This document shows positions 1 through 12,177 of a stretch of 64,000 nucleotides of DNA, one piece after another. This DNA comes from Oikopleura dioica. Lineage: Eukaryota > Animalia > Chordata. Positions within the stretch are counted from its first letter, which is position 1. Every line of letters starts with the position of its first letter. Both the position numbers and the translations under genes were made by a program. The DNA lies in the NCBI GenBank assembly GCA_907165135.1, contig OU015569.1:9982001-10046000 (forward strand), read 5' to 3'. The notes beneath the pieces were generated by a model. It saw only the letters and a list, made by a program, of their open reading frames with translations, did not search any database and was not told where the DNA came from.

Positions 1-525
1 ATTCTCAAACAATGAGTACGGCTATGACATCGATGCGTAATGGGTCTATTCAAGCTCTCAGCTGGTTATAAAAGGCTCGTGGATGAATGGACGACCAAGG
101 TCAGCAACATCAACGACCGCCTAGATTAATAAAGGAGATGACGGATGTGACATACGACCGCACACTCAATGGATAGCCATAATCCCAATCGAGCGAGCAA
201 CCAAAATAGCACCAACTGGACATAAGCATGACCGCCAGGGCTTCTGTTAGCGATGACAGCGTCTGATAGAACACTAGAAATTTCGGGAATATGAATTATG
301 GTCGAATCTTCAAGTCCCTTCTACTGTGTGCTTTGCCCAACGGGCGCGGCAAAATGAGCAGTGTCGCCGCGGTCCGTTTCGGTCACTTCTTTGACTCACG
401 GTAGATTAATCTAACCACGTGTGCGGATTCCAGATCAACAGTCTGAATTGATCTGGAGAGAGACGCCATCTGAAGAGGTAGAAGAGAGGAGAGTCCGCGT
501 CGCGCGCAGAGGTTGTTATTTTTAG

Positions 526-3500
526 CTCTCTGAGCTACCGCAAGTCCACTCCACGGGGTCAACCAAGTTTAATCACAATTCAACCCAGAAAGGTGAAGGA
601 GGAGCGGGAGGCCCGACCTTGGGTCGCTGCCCGCCAACGACAGGTAATCCCAACAACTCATTCTTCCTCTTTTGAGGGTGTGCACGCACAATGCAGCTGC
701 GTGGTTCACCACTCTCGCGTTAATCGTCGCCCTAGAAGTGTGTATTCTCGATCGAGACGATTCCCTCGACAGTAGGGGCTTCTGTTTCCTTAATTTTGGC
801 TTCTAAGCGCTCAGCCCACGCCGCTCTCACATCTATCGCGAATAAGAGGCACGATTAAACGCGAGCGTGGGCGCATTTTGACCGATTCGTTATCCGACTG
901 TCGGACAATCGGCTTTATACTTTGTTGCAAATCGATTTGGCTCGCGAGTTTGGTGCCACCCGTCTTACTTTCAATCGAGCAAAGCTAAAATTTTCGAAAA
1001 TTTGAGAAACTTATGTTCTATCGCCTAACGAGCAATAACGTGAGTTATTCGCGCTTCTTTTGAATTCTAGCACTAGAAACGTCTTCGAGCAAACGAAAAA
1101 TTCATTTTCTGAAATCCCCAATTTAGACCGGTGCGGGAATCGCCGGCGACCAGTTCAAAAGAAACGTACGAGCCGTCCTCAACAAACTTACGCCAGAAAA
1201 CTTTCAGAAATTAATCAAGGAACTCTCCAATTATAATTTCTGGTAATTATCTTCATCTAATTGTTTGTAAACGAAATCATTCCAATCAACTCATTTTTCA
1301 GTACTCCTAATCAGCTAAATGAAGTTGTGACGTTGATATTTGAGAAAGCGGTCGACGAATCAAAGGTATGAATGCGCCATCAATCCTGTCGATTCACAGT
1401 TAATTTGTAGTACTGTCGTCTTTATGCACTTCTTTGTGTTCGTCTAAACTCGGAGCTTCCGAATTTCGAAGAGAAGGGATGTGTGTTTACGACCTTCCAG
1501 AAACTCTTACTTACGAAGTTGCAAAGAGAATTCGACCGCCGCCGTCACGGAAATGTCGACCCCGGGAGTCGAGAAAAACGTCAACTTCTTGGGCTAAGTG
1601 CATTTATTGGAGAACTTTACCAGCTGAGACTGATCAGAGAGATTACTGTACACGAGTGTCTGAAGGTAGGATCAAGTCAATAACATTGTGTGTTGATTTC
1701 GTTAGATTTTGATAAAAATATCGCATCGTTTAGGACCTACTCCGGAAAGAAGACGCAGAGGCACTAGAATGCCTTGTCGCGATTATGGAGACATCGGGAG
1801 AGCAACTCGACCACGATCAAGCAAAGAACCTTATGAATCAGTACTTCAAACGCATTCAGAAATTTTCGAATGCAGATCAACTTCCGTCACGCGTACGTTT
1901 CCGTCTCCTCGATCTTATAGACCTTCGCTCTCGAGATTGGCGACATCGCCGACAAGTAGCAGGACCACGGCCCGTTTCCGAGATACGGGCTGAATATGGC
2001 ACCAAGTAATAATCGGATATATATTTATATTGAAACTGTCCCTATTTTCTGTCATTGATTGATAATAATGTGTATTCCAGTCTTGATCCAACGAAGATCT
2101 CCGCTCCTGTTGTACCAGTTGGACAATCGAGGATTCTCCGAGACTCAGAACTTGCAAAGCGTCGACCAGATCGCACGAATGAGTTCTTCCTGCGACCTTC
2201 GGCAACTAAGAAGAATGAGCCCGAGCAAGAACCGCCTTCTACCAGATCAAGCTTCAGCGATCATTCTAATGGCATTTCCAATGGCACCCCTTCTTCTCCA
2301 GTCAAGCCCACTCGCTATCTACCGCCACGCCGAGCTGCCGATAGTTACTCTGAAAAACCAAAGCCTGCGCCTGTCCCAGAAAAGAAAAGCTTTGTCCCTG
2401 CATTCATAAAAGTAAAGCATCTTAAAAAACAGAGCTTTAATCGTTGTTCTTCAGTCTAACAATGCCAACCAGATGAATGATCGAACATCGTCATCGCTTA
2501 AATATCAACCGAAACCTCACTTTTCCTCCCGATCAGGTCTTCCTGGTCAAGGCCTCAACGCTCCCTCTCCACTCGACAAGGTTAACAATGCTAGAAGTCT
2601 TCACCTCAAGCGCAATATCGATCGAAGAAACTCCCCTGGTAGAACTTCGAATTCTAGTCCAGGTATGCAGCTTTTAAAAATCGATCTCAATTGCCATGCT
2701 CGTCTAAATTAAATTTACAGCAAGAGGAAGTCCTAATCAGTCCCCGATTCGCAATGGACACTACTCACCAATTCGCAACTCTCCAAACCATGCTTCACCA
2801 ATATCGCCACTCGTTGACGAGTCCATGAAAGCAGAGAACAAGCCTCTTACGGTGCTAGAAATACTGGAGCTTTCCAAACAAATGTCTTACCGCTATGTTA
2901 CGAAGTCTGACGAAAGCATTCTCGCCGACTTCCCACCGTGTCCAGACATCACGGAGAGCACACTGGTCGATATCAATCTTTTCCTGTTAGAACGTGCCGT
3001 CGACGATAAAGAAAACTCAGAAAAGTGGACTAAAGTAATAAAAACTTGGAACAACAGCGAGGAAATCGTCAGTAAAGCCTTCAAGAAATGGATTCAGAGG
3101 CATTCATCAGACAAGAATAATGATTCTGTCAAAGTTATAAGCGAGCTTATTCTTTGCGGATTTCTTGAGCCTATAAAAATCGTCGAGTTTTTCGCAGACG
3201 GCAAGTTCTACCCTCTATTCTTCCTGATCATGAAAGAAATCTTCGACTCGACGGGGAAAATTACTTTTCTGCAGCGCAAATTTGGTAAAAACTAAACAAC
3301 CCATACTGAATCTAATACTTGTTTTCGTAGCTGAGCTAGATTTTCTTGGACTGCTGGAGAAAAGAGATAGAACCGAGCTGCGTACTATTCTCGCAGAATA
3401 CAAGTTGCTCTTTCTCAGACCGAAGTTTTCCGACGAGCAATTCTTATTTACAGAAAGAGGTAGATCATGATTTCTTTTTGTCAGGTTTTTATTCGCCTAG

Positions 3501-4140
3501 GTCTTGAGCCGTCAGATTATTACCGAGCGATGAAATCTCGTGGAGATCATGGAGCTACCGCCGGCGCCGTCATCAATCTCGTTTGGGAAAAGCAGCTCGA
3601 CTTTGCGAAAGTGAAACCGGTAAACCCACTTTCCAAGAATATCGATAAACATATTTTCAAAAAGCTTCTGGTGAAACTTCTTCGGACAAAGCCGAAAATC
3701 CAATGTGCCACATTAAAAGCCGTTGTTCTTGCGCACAACGAGCGTGGTATGCAGAAGGTAAGCCCATTCGATGTTGCTAATCGCTCAAAGATATATAAGG
3801 ATCACCTCTTGAAACAGTTCATTCTTCTTTACGATGAAGATATTGTAGAAGAAGATGGATTCCTTCTTTGGGAAAAAGACATCCACGACCAAACTCCCGG
3901 CAGACAGAAAGGGCTCGAACAGGTTAACCACTGCCTAAAATGCGATCGTTTGGTAACAAATCAATTTAGGTGTCCCGCTGGCTTCAATGGCTCAAAGAGG
4001 CGGACGTTGAATCCGACGACGAGATCTCTAGCAAATCTGGCGAAAATAACTCGCCTCAAAGCAATTGCCCACAAAATGCCGAAAACGAGATTATCCATGC
4101 CGTAAAGAATGGCGCCCTTGAACTAACGAACTCAGCATAA
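526..4140 (+). CDS. EIF4G2: Eukaryotic translation initiation factor 4 gamma 2 (DAP5/NAT1/p97), multi-exon; start codon uncertain (non-AUG)
   Basis: Spliced exons give the MIF4G domain (VRAVLNKLTPENFQKL; IFEKAVDESK|YCRLYALLC; TTFQKLLLTKLQREF; LDHDQAKNLMNQYF, close to vertebrate eIF4G2 LDHERAKSLMDQYF). The C-terminus is a W2 domain (LYDEDIVEEDGFLLWEKD...VSRWLQWLKEADVESDDE) with TAA at 4138-4140. Exon 526-643 (RPWVAARQRQ) joins 1127 in phase 0. Confidence 0.9.
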
Positions 4141-6228
4141 GAGTTCAGCCTCATTCGTTTACTTCTTATAAGTCAATTATTTTTTCAATTATGAAGCATA
4201 AAGTATATTTAAACCGAATCCCAATTGCCCTTCATCATTTATGCTCCAATTACGAGTTTTTATGCGTTACACTCTCAATTTCATAATTCTTCATTTGCAA
4301 TATAACTTTATTATACTGCAGCCCCTGTATGATTCCGCTATTAAAATGACGTTCCCCACTAACTGTACGTAGTTCGAACCCTCGAAGAATTCACTAAGTT
4401 CTTTCGGTGGTTCTCCGAGCGTCAAATTCAACCCGAACCCCTATTTGAGCTCTTCGTCTAGGCGAACGGCGCGTCTAGGAAATATGTAGTCCAAGACTTG
4501 AATCAAGTAGCAGTTTTTACCAAGCCCTGTGCCATTATTTCTTTCGCAACATGTTTCTACTTCGATGTTGAGTGCGGCTGCTGGCCACTTCTGAATCAAC
4601 TTCTTTTCAATAAACAAGTCAAACTTCTATATTCTATCAAATGTGACTTGAGACTCTGCTTGAGCAACAAGTCTCATCCTCGCAGGAAAGAGTTTAATGT
4701 ATAACAAATCGCATTTCGTCACCTACTTAGGAACTTTTTTTATACAACTTTAATTATGGAACATGGGGTAAGGCAAATTAATGATGATAAATAATGCATG
4801 TTCATATAAACGCCGTGCGTGTTAAAACTCTGCTCGAACATTGAGATAAGCAACATTTTCACTCATTAAAAAGCAAAAATTGAATGATTATATCTAACAC
4901 CAGAGCAATCAATTTGGAAATTAATTAGAGATAGTGATAAATGAAGATTTGTAAGCGTCGACCACTCTTTCAGCGCGTTCGAAAAATAAAGATTATGTCT
5001 ACTACCTGAGATCACTAAAAGGGTTTTCAGAGAGGAATCATTCCTTGTCTTGAAGTAGCTTGGAAAGTACACTTATCTGAAAGTGATTTGACAGCGGTCA
5101 AAATCTTAAAAAGCTAGATAAAGCCTTAATTTATGTTAATTTTGTCAATTCATTGAAATATTTGCAATCAATTGAGAGCAGAAACAACACAAACCCTCCG
5201 AAAGGCTGCTGTCCTACTGTCGCTAGTAGAGAAACGCTTCATGGAAGAAATCAGAGAAGAACCATCTCAACTGTTATGGCTCCAGAAAGTCTGAATCGCG
5301 AGATATAAAACAAGATAAACGCAATGAATTAATTAATAATAACTACGTTTTACATCAAGAATTGTCTAGAGCCGAGGAAGGTTAACTACTCGAGAGCAGG
5401 AAAGGGTATCAACTAAGTCCAAATATCATATCTTTGAGCATAAGTCGTGCTACTTCCCGTGGTATGGGATAATCAATAATTGATTCTGTCGTATAATTTA
5501 TATGGTTATCAAGTTATATTCAAGTGTATAGCTCTTTTTTTTGAGGGAAGGTGCATAGAAAAGACAATTTTCTCTGTTGTTGGTAATTAGGATGGTACTG
5601 ATGGGAAAATTTATAGGACATGTCACCTAGGCATAAACACGACAATTGTTAAGCGCATTATGTTTAATTTATTCTAATCAAATGCGGACGCTGATGTAAT
5701 TATTGGAAGAAAAGATGGAAGCCGAATAGTCTGTTTTCGAACCTTCTTAAGGTCGGACCCGACTGAAGAGAAAAAATGAATAAGTGTTTTAACGATAAAA
5801 TTAAACTATGTTGTTGCTTCGGCAAAGACGCCGATCATGTAGAGCGGATGGAATTCGTTGGAACTGTCGGACGAAACATATCAGGCACAGCCTCACATCC
5901 AATATTTTTTCGTTCCATTAATGAAATAATTGGTAAATCATATACGCATAAAGTAATGCTCAACTATGATTTTCCATATGCCGAATGACAGGTTCCCGTC
6001 TGCTTATTGACAAATTTACTCGTAGAAAATTTCTTGGAGCGCAGATGATAGAGTTTCTGTGAAGTAACGTTTGAGAAAAAGAGTTTTTGAAGGTATCTGA
6101 GAATGACAACCAAATGTCCATATAGTTGACGTTTTTATAGCTTCTTCCAATTATGACTTCTTGAATCTAAGGCGTATTTTCTGAGTGGCACTTTCGGGAA
6201 TATATTTTAGCACTTTTTCGAACAATAA

Positions 6229-8045
6229 ATGGACAAAGACACCCCGGGCTTAGATAATGATTCGATCAACTATCTCCTGCTACACCTTCAAGAAATCACC
6301 GCATTCTCCGAAGACTACACATTTACCGACGATCTAGTGGTGGCTTACATTTTTATTGGATTTATTATTATTGGCCTACCAGCTAATTTGATAGAGAAAG
6401 GATTCAGACCACTTGATAAAACCCTGTAGTGTTGTTACAGCGAAAACTATCAGAACAAATCCTTAAAAAGTTCTTATTGTTATAGGAATGGACAGTCAAT
6501 TACGAACCAAAAGCTCGCTCTTGTATGGAAAGTGTTGAATATTTTCAAAAACAGTTTTTTCGATTGAATTGTGACTTTGAATTTATTCACTCTCATCCGA
6601 GGATTTTAGTAAAATAAGCCGAAAAAAGCCTAAGACAAATTAGGTGTTCATATTCAACGCGAAAAGCATTTAATTTGGCAATAGCTGATTTTATGTTGCT
6701 GTTATTTCTTCCTATGAATATTCACAAGTAATTGCTTTTGGCTTATCTAAGATAAATTGATGAATTATAGGAACTTGAAAAAAGAATGGGTCTTTGGAAA
6801 ATTAGCATGCTCTATCAATAACTCCGTAAAATTTGTCAATATGTTCGTCTCTATCTTTATGTTGATGCTAATGGCCGTCGATAGGTATTTGGCAGTCATA
6901 AGGAACAGTATGTTGCTATGGGATTTATATTTTGCCTTTTCTAGCTTTCCCCTTCTTATCCTATTTCTGATGTATAAAATCCCTTTTGAGCACCGTCTAT
7001 CAAAATATCGTAACAATCCCTTGGTAATCGGAATAACTTGTCTACTTGTTTGGTTGTTTGGGTTCTTAGCTGCTTATCCCAACTTTATCAGAAGTGAATT
7101 CCTTTACGAGAATGGACAGGCTATAGGGTCAACGATGCTTAAATAAATCTCGTTAAGAGTAGTGCTGATTCAATCATCAAAACCCTTCGAAAGGCCGAGT
7201 GCGGCATCAATTGGTGGGGCAAGAACAGGACGTTGAAAGAAGAGGCAGCCAAGTGCGGCCCTGATGCGAATATTAATGGCTCTAATGTTATGACAGGTTG
7301 GCGATGTCGCTGCGGTATGACGCCTGAAGAACGAACAGTAAGTACGCAGATTAGCAATGCGTACATTTCACTTTCAGTACAATATGCATTTATTTGGTTG
7401 GACATTTATCCTGCCACTGACTTGTATTGTTTTTTCTTACTCGAACATAGGTTATGTTATCTGGAAATCGTCAGAGCGGACGAGAAGTTTTAGGTGCGCT
7501 TCACGACACTTGACAAAACAGATAACCATTTGTAGTATGACGAGAGCAGATTCAAGGCGCTCGGCAAACACGCGCACGAAACGTTTGATGATTCTTATTG
7601 TCACTCTTATTGTTGTATATATTGTTTGCTGGACACCTTATCATTTATTTCATTTATTAGGTAAATTTGGAATTGCGATTAATAAAGAATAGACCGATTT
7701 TCAGTTTATTGTGGAGTCAAGCTTGACCACAATCCCTGTTCAATATTTGAGCATGTTTATAACACGTGAGTCGGAGTTATATCATTTTATTCGTTTTACT
7801 TTCACTAGTCTTATCTGGTCGAATTCTGCTGTGAATCCGATTTTATATTCCTTTCTTGGGCACGGATTTAAACAAAAACTCTATGAAGTTTGGAAGAAAA
7901 TAAAGGTAATGGCCGCTTAATAATCAGAAGCTTAATTCATTCTTAGCGTAGCTGGCTGTGCATACGACTCGTATCGATGAGGGAACACCGCACAAACTAT
8001 TTTGGAGAGAATGAACACTTGGTATTTACTCCGAGCACAACGTAA
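6229..8045 (+). CDS. Class A (rhodopsin-like) peptide GPCR, somatostatin/opioid/galanin-receptor-like
   Basis: GLPANLI (TM1), FNLAIADF (TM2), WVFGKLAC, MAVDRYLAV (DRY), CWTPYH (TM6), NSAVNPILYSFLG (NPxxY). The 3' end may extend through further exons to ~8380. Confidence 0.85.
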
Positions 8046-9058
8046 ATCCACTTTTTAAAACCGCATTCTATATATTCTTATATATTATCAGTGTCCCATC
8101 ATATCACCATATGATTGGAAAGACAAATGTTGTCAGCTTGGGCTACGGAAGATCGTTTCTTAAAATAATATAGTTGGATTATTCTTGGTAACCACCATGA
8201 GCTCATTATCAGCTCAGAAAAAGTCTATTTTGTCCGCTGTAAAAATAACCTTCCGTAGAGCCCACACATAAGCTCCCATACAACTGAACTCACTGCCCTG
8301 CGCGCGTCTCCAGATCACCTTCCCAGCAAGAAAACAGACGGTACAATAATGAAGCAAATTGATAATTCTTCAAAAAGTTAATATCGATTTCATAAATATT
8401 ATACATTTGTTTTTCAATAAAATACATAAAAACGACGATTCATAGCCCGCTGACTTGAAGAGATTGAATCTTGGAGCGCAAAGTCTTCAATATTTTTTCA
8501 ACCAAGAACATTTGATTTGATTTTTTAAAGACGTTTAATTGAGTGTAGGGGGACTAGGTTATACATGCATAATGAAAATGCATAACCAGGTTCTCTCAAG
8601 GAAACCTTTGACAAAAGCACTTTGTATCCTACATTTGTCAGAAAAATCCGCCAATTCTATGTGGACAAAATGTTCGCCAAGAAAGTAGTGGTCAACAAAG
8701 GGACTTGTTGCTGGGGATCACCAATACGGGCAGCGATACTCTTTGGTTTGAGAATATTCAGAATAATTTATTCTACTTTCTTCAGGAAATTATATAATTT
8801 GTCTGCCAGTAAAAATAAACTTCCTACTATAAATCAGAAAGCGCTTCCAAGCGAAAGACACTGAGGAGTTCCTTCACTAGATGGAATGATTTTTGAATTA
8901 AATAGTTGATTTATTAACAGTGAAAACAGATTGAAGACATTTGCAGGAATATTGAACTTTAACGAGGAAATTTGTAAGCATTGAAGATAGTTTGCGTGGT
9001 AGTTTGAATGTAGCCGTGTTGAAGAAAGTACAGACATGTGGAAAGCGTGGAAAACTTG

Positions 9059-9917
9059 CTAAAAGGAAGAGATTTTCGTCACTTCCTCGTATTTGGGCGG
9101 GGGATCGTCGATAGGGGCCTGAAATTATGTCATAAAAGACCTGACGTCTTCGCGCTTACAGTGTTTGCTGCTGGAACCGGGTGATCAATGATGGCTACGA
9201 TACGACCGAAACGGACGTATACAAAAGCAGATAGCGAGTTGAACAGGAATAAAAAGGCGGTTCCGAACAAAGTGATTCTCTGGAAATCGCGAGACTTGGA
9301 CCAGTTGACAAGGAGTACGTAGTTGAACTGAAAACGCAAGTTTTCAGTCTATGTTTTCGAAAGTGATCTTACAAAGCTGCCGAGACTGAGAATCGTGCTC
9401 GTCGACAATAGGAAGAGAATGTACGGCGAGAAGGTAGCCATCTGACGGTGCACGTGATATCTCACTAGAAAGGAGTGATTAAAAAATCTTGATTCCTTTA
9501 GGGCAAACCTATCACGGCTGTGATTGTTGAGAGGATGCAAGTGAATATTCTCAGACCGCGATCACGCGCGATAGCGTTCCTGAGAATGAACTGTTGATCT
9601 CAACTTCCAAGCAAACTGTTACCTCTGGCTTATTGTCGAATCCAAGAGAACTGTTGAGTTCGAGGTCACCCACAGAAGCAATGTTGAGCAGATGCCCACG
9701 ACGCACATGAGAAAAGTTATACGCTTGCCGGAAATCAAACGGTAGTCGGCGCGAGTGCTCAGGTGTCGAGTGCGTGTTCCGTGCTGGATGGGCTGCGGAA
9801 AGATCGACGAGGGACCTGAAACAGGAGTTGATGTCTGGTCGTCTTGAATTTGTCACCTTGTGGAATGTTTATCCCCATCGAGTCTGGGAGGCGTATAAAC
9901 CGAATCGCATGAAGCAT
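9059..9917 (-). CDS. Small 4-TM membrane protein with C-terminal PPxY motif (LAPTM4-like), ~220 aa, not in the ORF track as one frame
   Basis: Hand-splicing six exons through GT-AG introns gives MLHAIRF...ITFLMCVVGICSTLLLWV...LRIFTCILSTITAVIV...FSPYILFLLSTSTILSLGSFFNYVLL...ITLFGTAFLFLFNSLSAFVYV...APIDDPPPKYEEVTKISSF*. All introns keep phase. Confidence 0.7.
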
Positions 9918-12177
9918 TGAATCCGATCAAATCTGAAAGACACGAGTGCAGAGAACGGTTTCAAGTCAATTTGGAAGAAATATTTATTCAGTAATAAGCG
10001 CAGCAAAGCCTACTGGTAGGCGGCGCAAGATATAAGATACGAACTTTATCCCTAACTAATCTCCTTAGTAAAACCACCGGTTTATCGATATTTGTTGTTT
10101 TGCAAAGTAAAGTAAAATAAAATAGAAATTCTAGAGCACAAGATAAAAGTCGAGTAGGCGGTGATAGGATGGACGCCGTGATCTCGGCTCAACAAAGCTG
10201 GTAAGATTTAAAGTAGTGAGAAGGCGACCCGCGAATTTCGGGCCACATAGAGGTCAGTGGTCAACAAGCAGTCATCATCATATTTTAACCGGCAAAGAAT
10301 GATTTGAAATGGAAAAAGATATCGAAACTGGCCCGCGCGCTCATCGAAAGATACGGAGCATCTCCCGAAATTGGACATTTTCAGGAAGTGCTTTGGAAGA
10401 AAGAAACTTATTTTCTTACTGCGCTTTTGGAATTCTATCATCCCTTTTCTCTTAGCGAGGAACGAGCGGGCCAGAGCTTTTCGTGAGGAAAAACAGCAAA
10501 AATACATAAATTTAGGTCATAAATAAAGTAAGAGGATAGCGAACACTTGGCGTGAGTGATTCCCGTGAGCATGATGCTGGGAAAACAAGCACTCCGCCTT
10601 CGTATTATCTAAGGGTAAGGTTCTGAAAATGAATATAATGGGGACTTCTCAAGCATATCGATCGAATTGTCACTCCTTTTTCATCGAATATCGATTTTGA
10701 ACTGTATAGGACTCAGAATGCGCGATCGTGGCAACCTACACGAGCAGTATAATGATTATGATAATGGTAACAAATAAGAGGGATAAATGTGAACTTCTGT
10801 TTATAGGAAATCAAAGCTTGTTTCGTGGAGCAGGCTTTCGATGAGGCTATTCAGATTGGAACGAGAAAGATAGAGAGCTCTCGGCCAACTATTTTTCATT
10901 TAGGAAAACGCATTCAGTTCATTTCTTAGCCGGTAAAAACAAAACACGATATAAATTAAAATATTAGCAAAAAGCGGAGAGTTAAGATGGATTAAGTCAG
11001 GTTACTGTACAAGGAGACTACACGGACGGAAATTAACTTTCTGTTTTTCTAATTCGACACCTATGGACTCCGTATCGAATATCTACTCAAAACGTCCTTT
11101 GGTTTATATATTTTGCGGCGAAAGAAAAATAACAAAACGAGAATAAGTAAAAATTTAATTAAAAAAAGACTACATCACCAATAAATTAATTGAAACCAAT
11201 CAAACCAGTTGATACGAAAGCGTCGTTGTGCGCGTAATATTGAAAACAGTCTAACAGGCACTCGCAGCTAATGTTTTAACCAAGCTAAACAGGGACGAGA
11301 TTCGGGGCCTCATCATTCAATTCACTTCTCGGCTTTCCACTGTTATCTAATCTACTGAAGACTCGCAGCAGAACGTGTCTAGCAAGATCCTCCTGCGGAT
11401 CAATTCATATATCAAATTAAAATCTCATTCTTTTTTCCATCGAACAGCAGTTCCTCGAAGTGGCTATTTCGGTAACTGTACTTCGGGTCCCCCCTAAACA
11501 GCTAAGTTCATTAATTCTACTAAATAGGCTATTTAAAATGGCTAGTTTATCAACGCCATGATAAGTTGAAAAAAGGTAATCAGTATCCTGTTTATGAGAT
11601 AATGCGTAGCTTCTTAGCGGGGACCCACCGTAAAATCAAATCTCGAGCGGGTATGTCCCGAATAGCTTGGTATAAAATATTCATTAATCCTTGGTCGCTA
11701 GAGTCACTAGCATAGGCGTCATTAGCTTGAAACTCCTTTAGAGCATGTAGAAAATGTACAGTAAGCCCAAACCACCCTAATGTTTTTAAATGTTTGGTTT
11801 TAACCCCCAAGCACAGTAAGAAAAGTAAATTAAACGCATATGTGAACAGCCTACGTATTTGTAATCGTGAGAACTTTTTGGGTAGCATCAGAAATATAAT
11901 AATAATAAAAGCACGATGTAGTGCTGACACGTTAAAAAGGAGATACAACTATTTTCCCAAATATACAACTTATAATTATGGTTATTTAGCTTTATATATA
12001 AGGGCCAAACAGTAAACGCAATGGAGAAAGTTTAATTTTCACGGACGGATCGTTTCAGCAATCTCGAGTTGAATCAGGCCAGTCTAACGACTCGAGTTAA
12101 TAAATATTGACAACAATCACTAACTGCATAAACTGCTGAAAACATCTATACTAAATAGCATGAATACTAACGGTAGT

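Noticed and set aside
1-480. Coding-like sequence at the window start
   Set aside because: Stops in all frames and no recognisable motif; possibly a relic but unsupported.
4365-4445. GTTCGAACCC B-box-like motif (tRNA/SINE?)
   Set aside because: No A box or cloverleaf around it.
8622-8864. Plus-strand ORF MFAKKVVVNKGTCCWG, resembling a tetraspan N-terminus
   Set aside because: Every plausible downstream exon hits a stop quickly.
11592-11948. 118-aa hydrophobic ORF
   Set aside because: AT-rich, in the probable LARP1 3' UTR, with no family motif.
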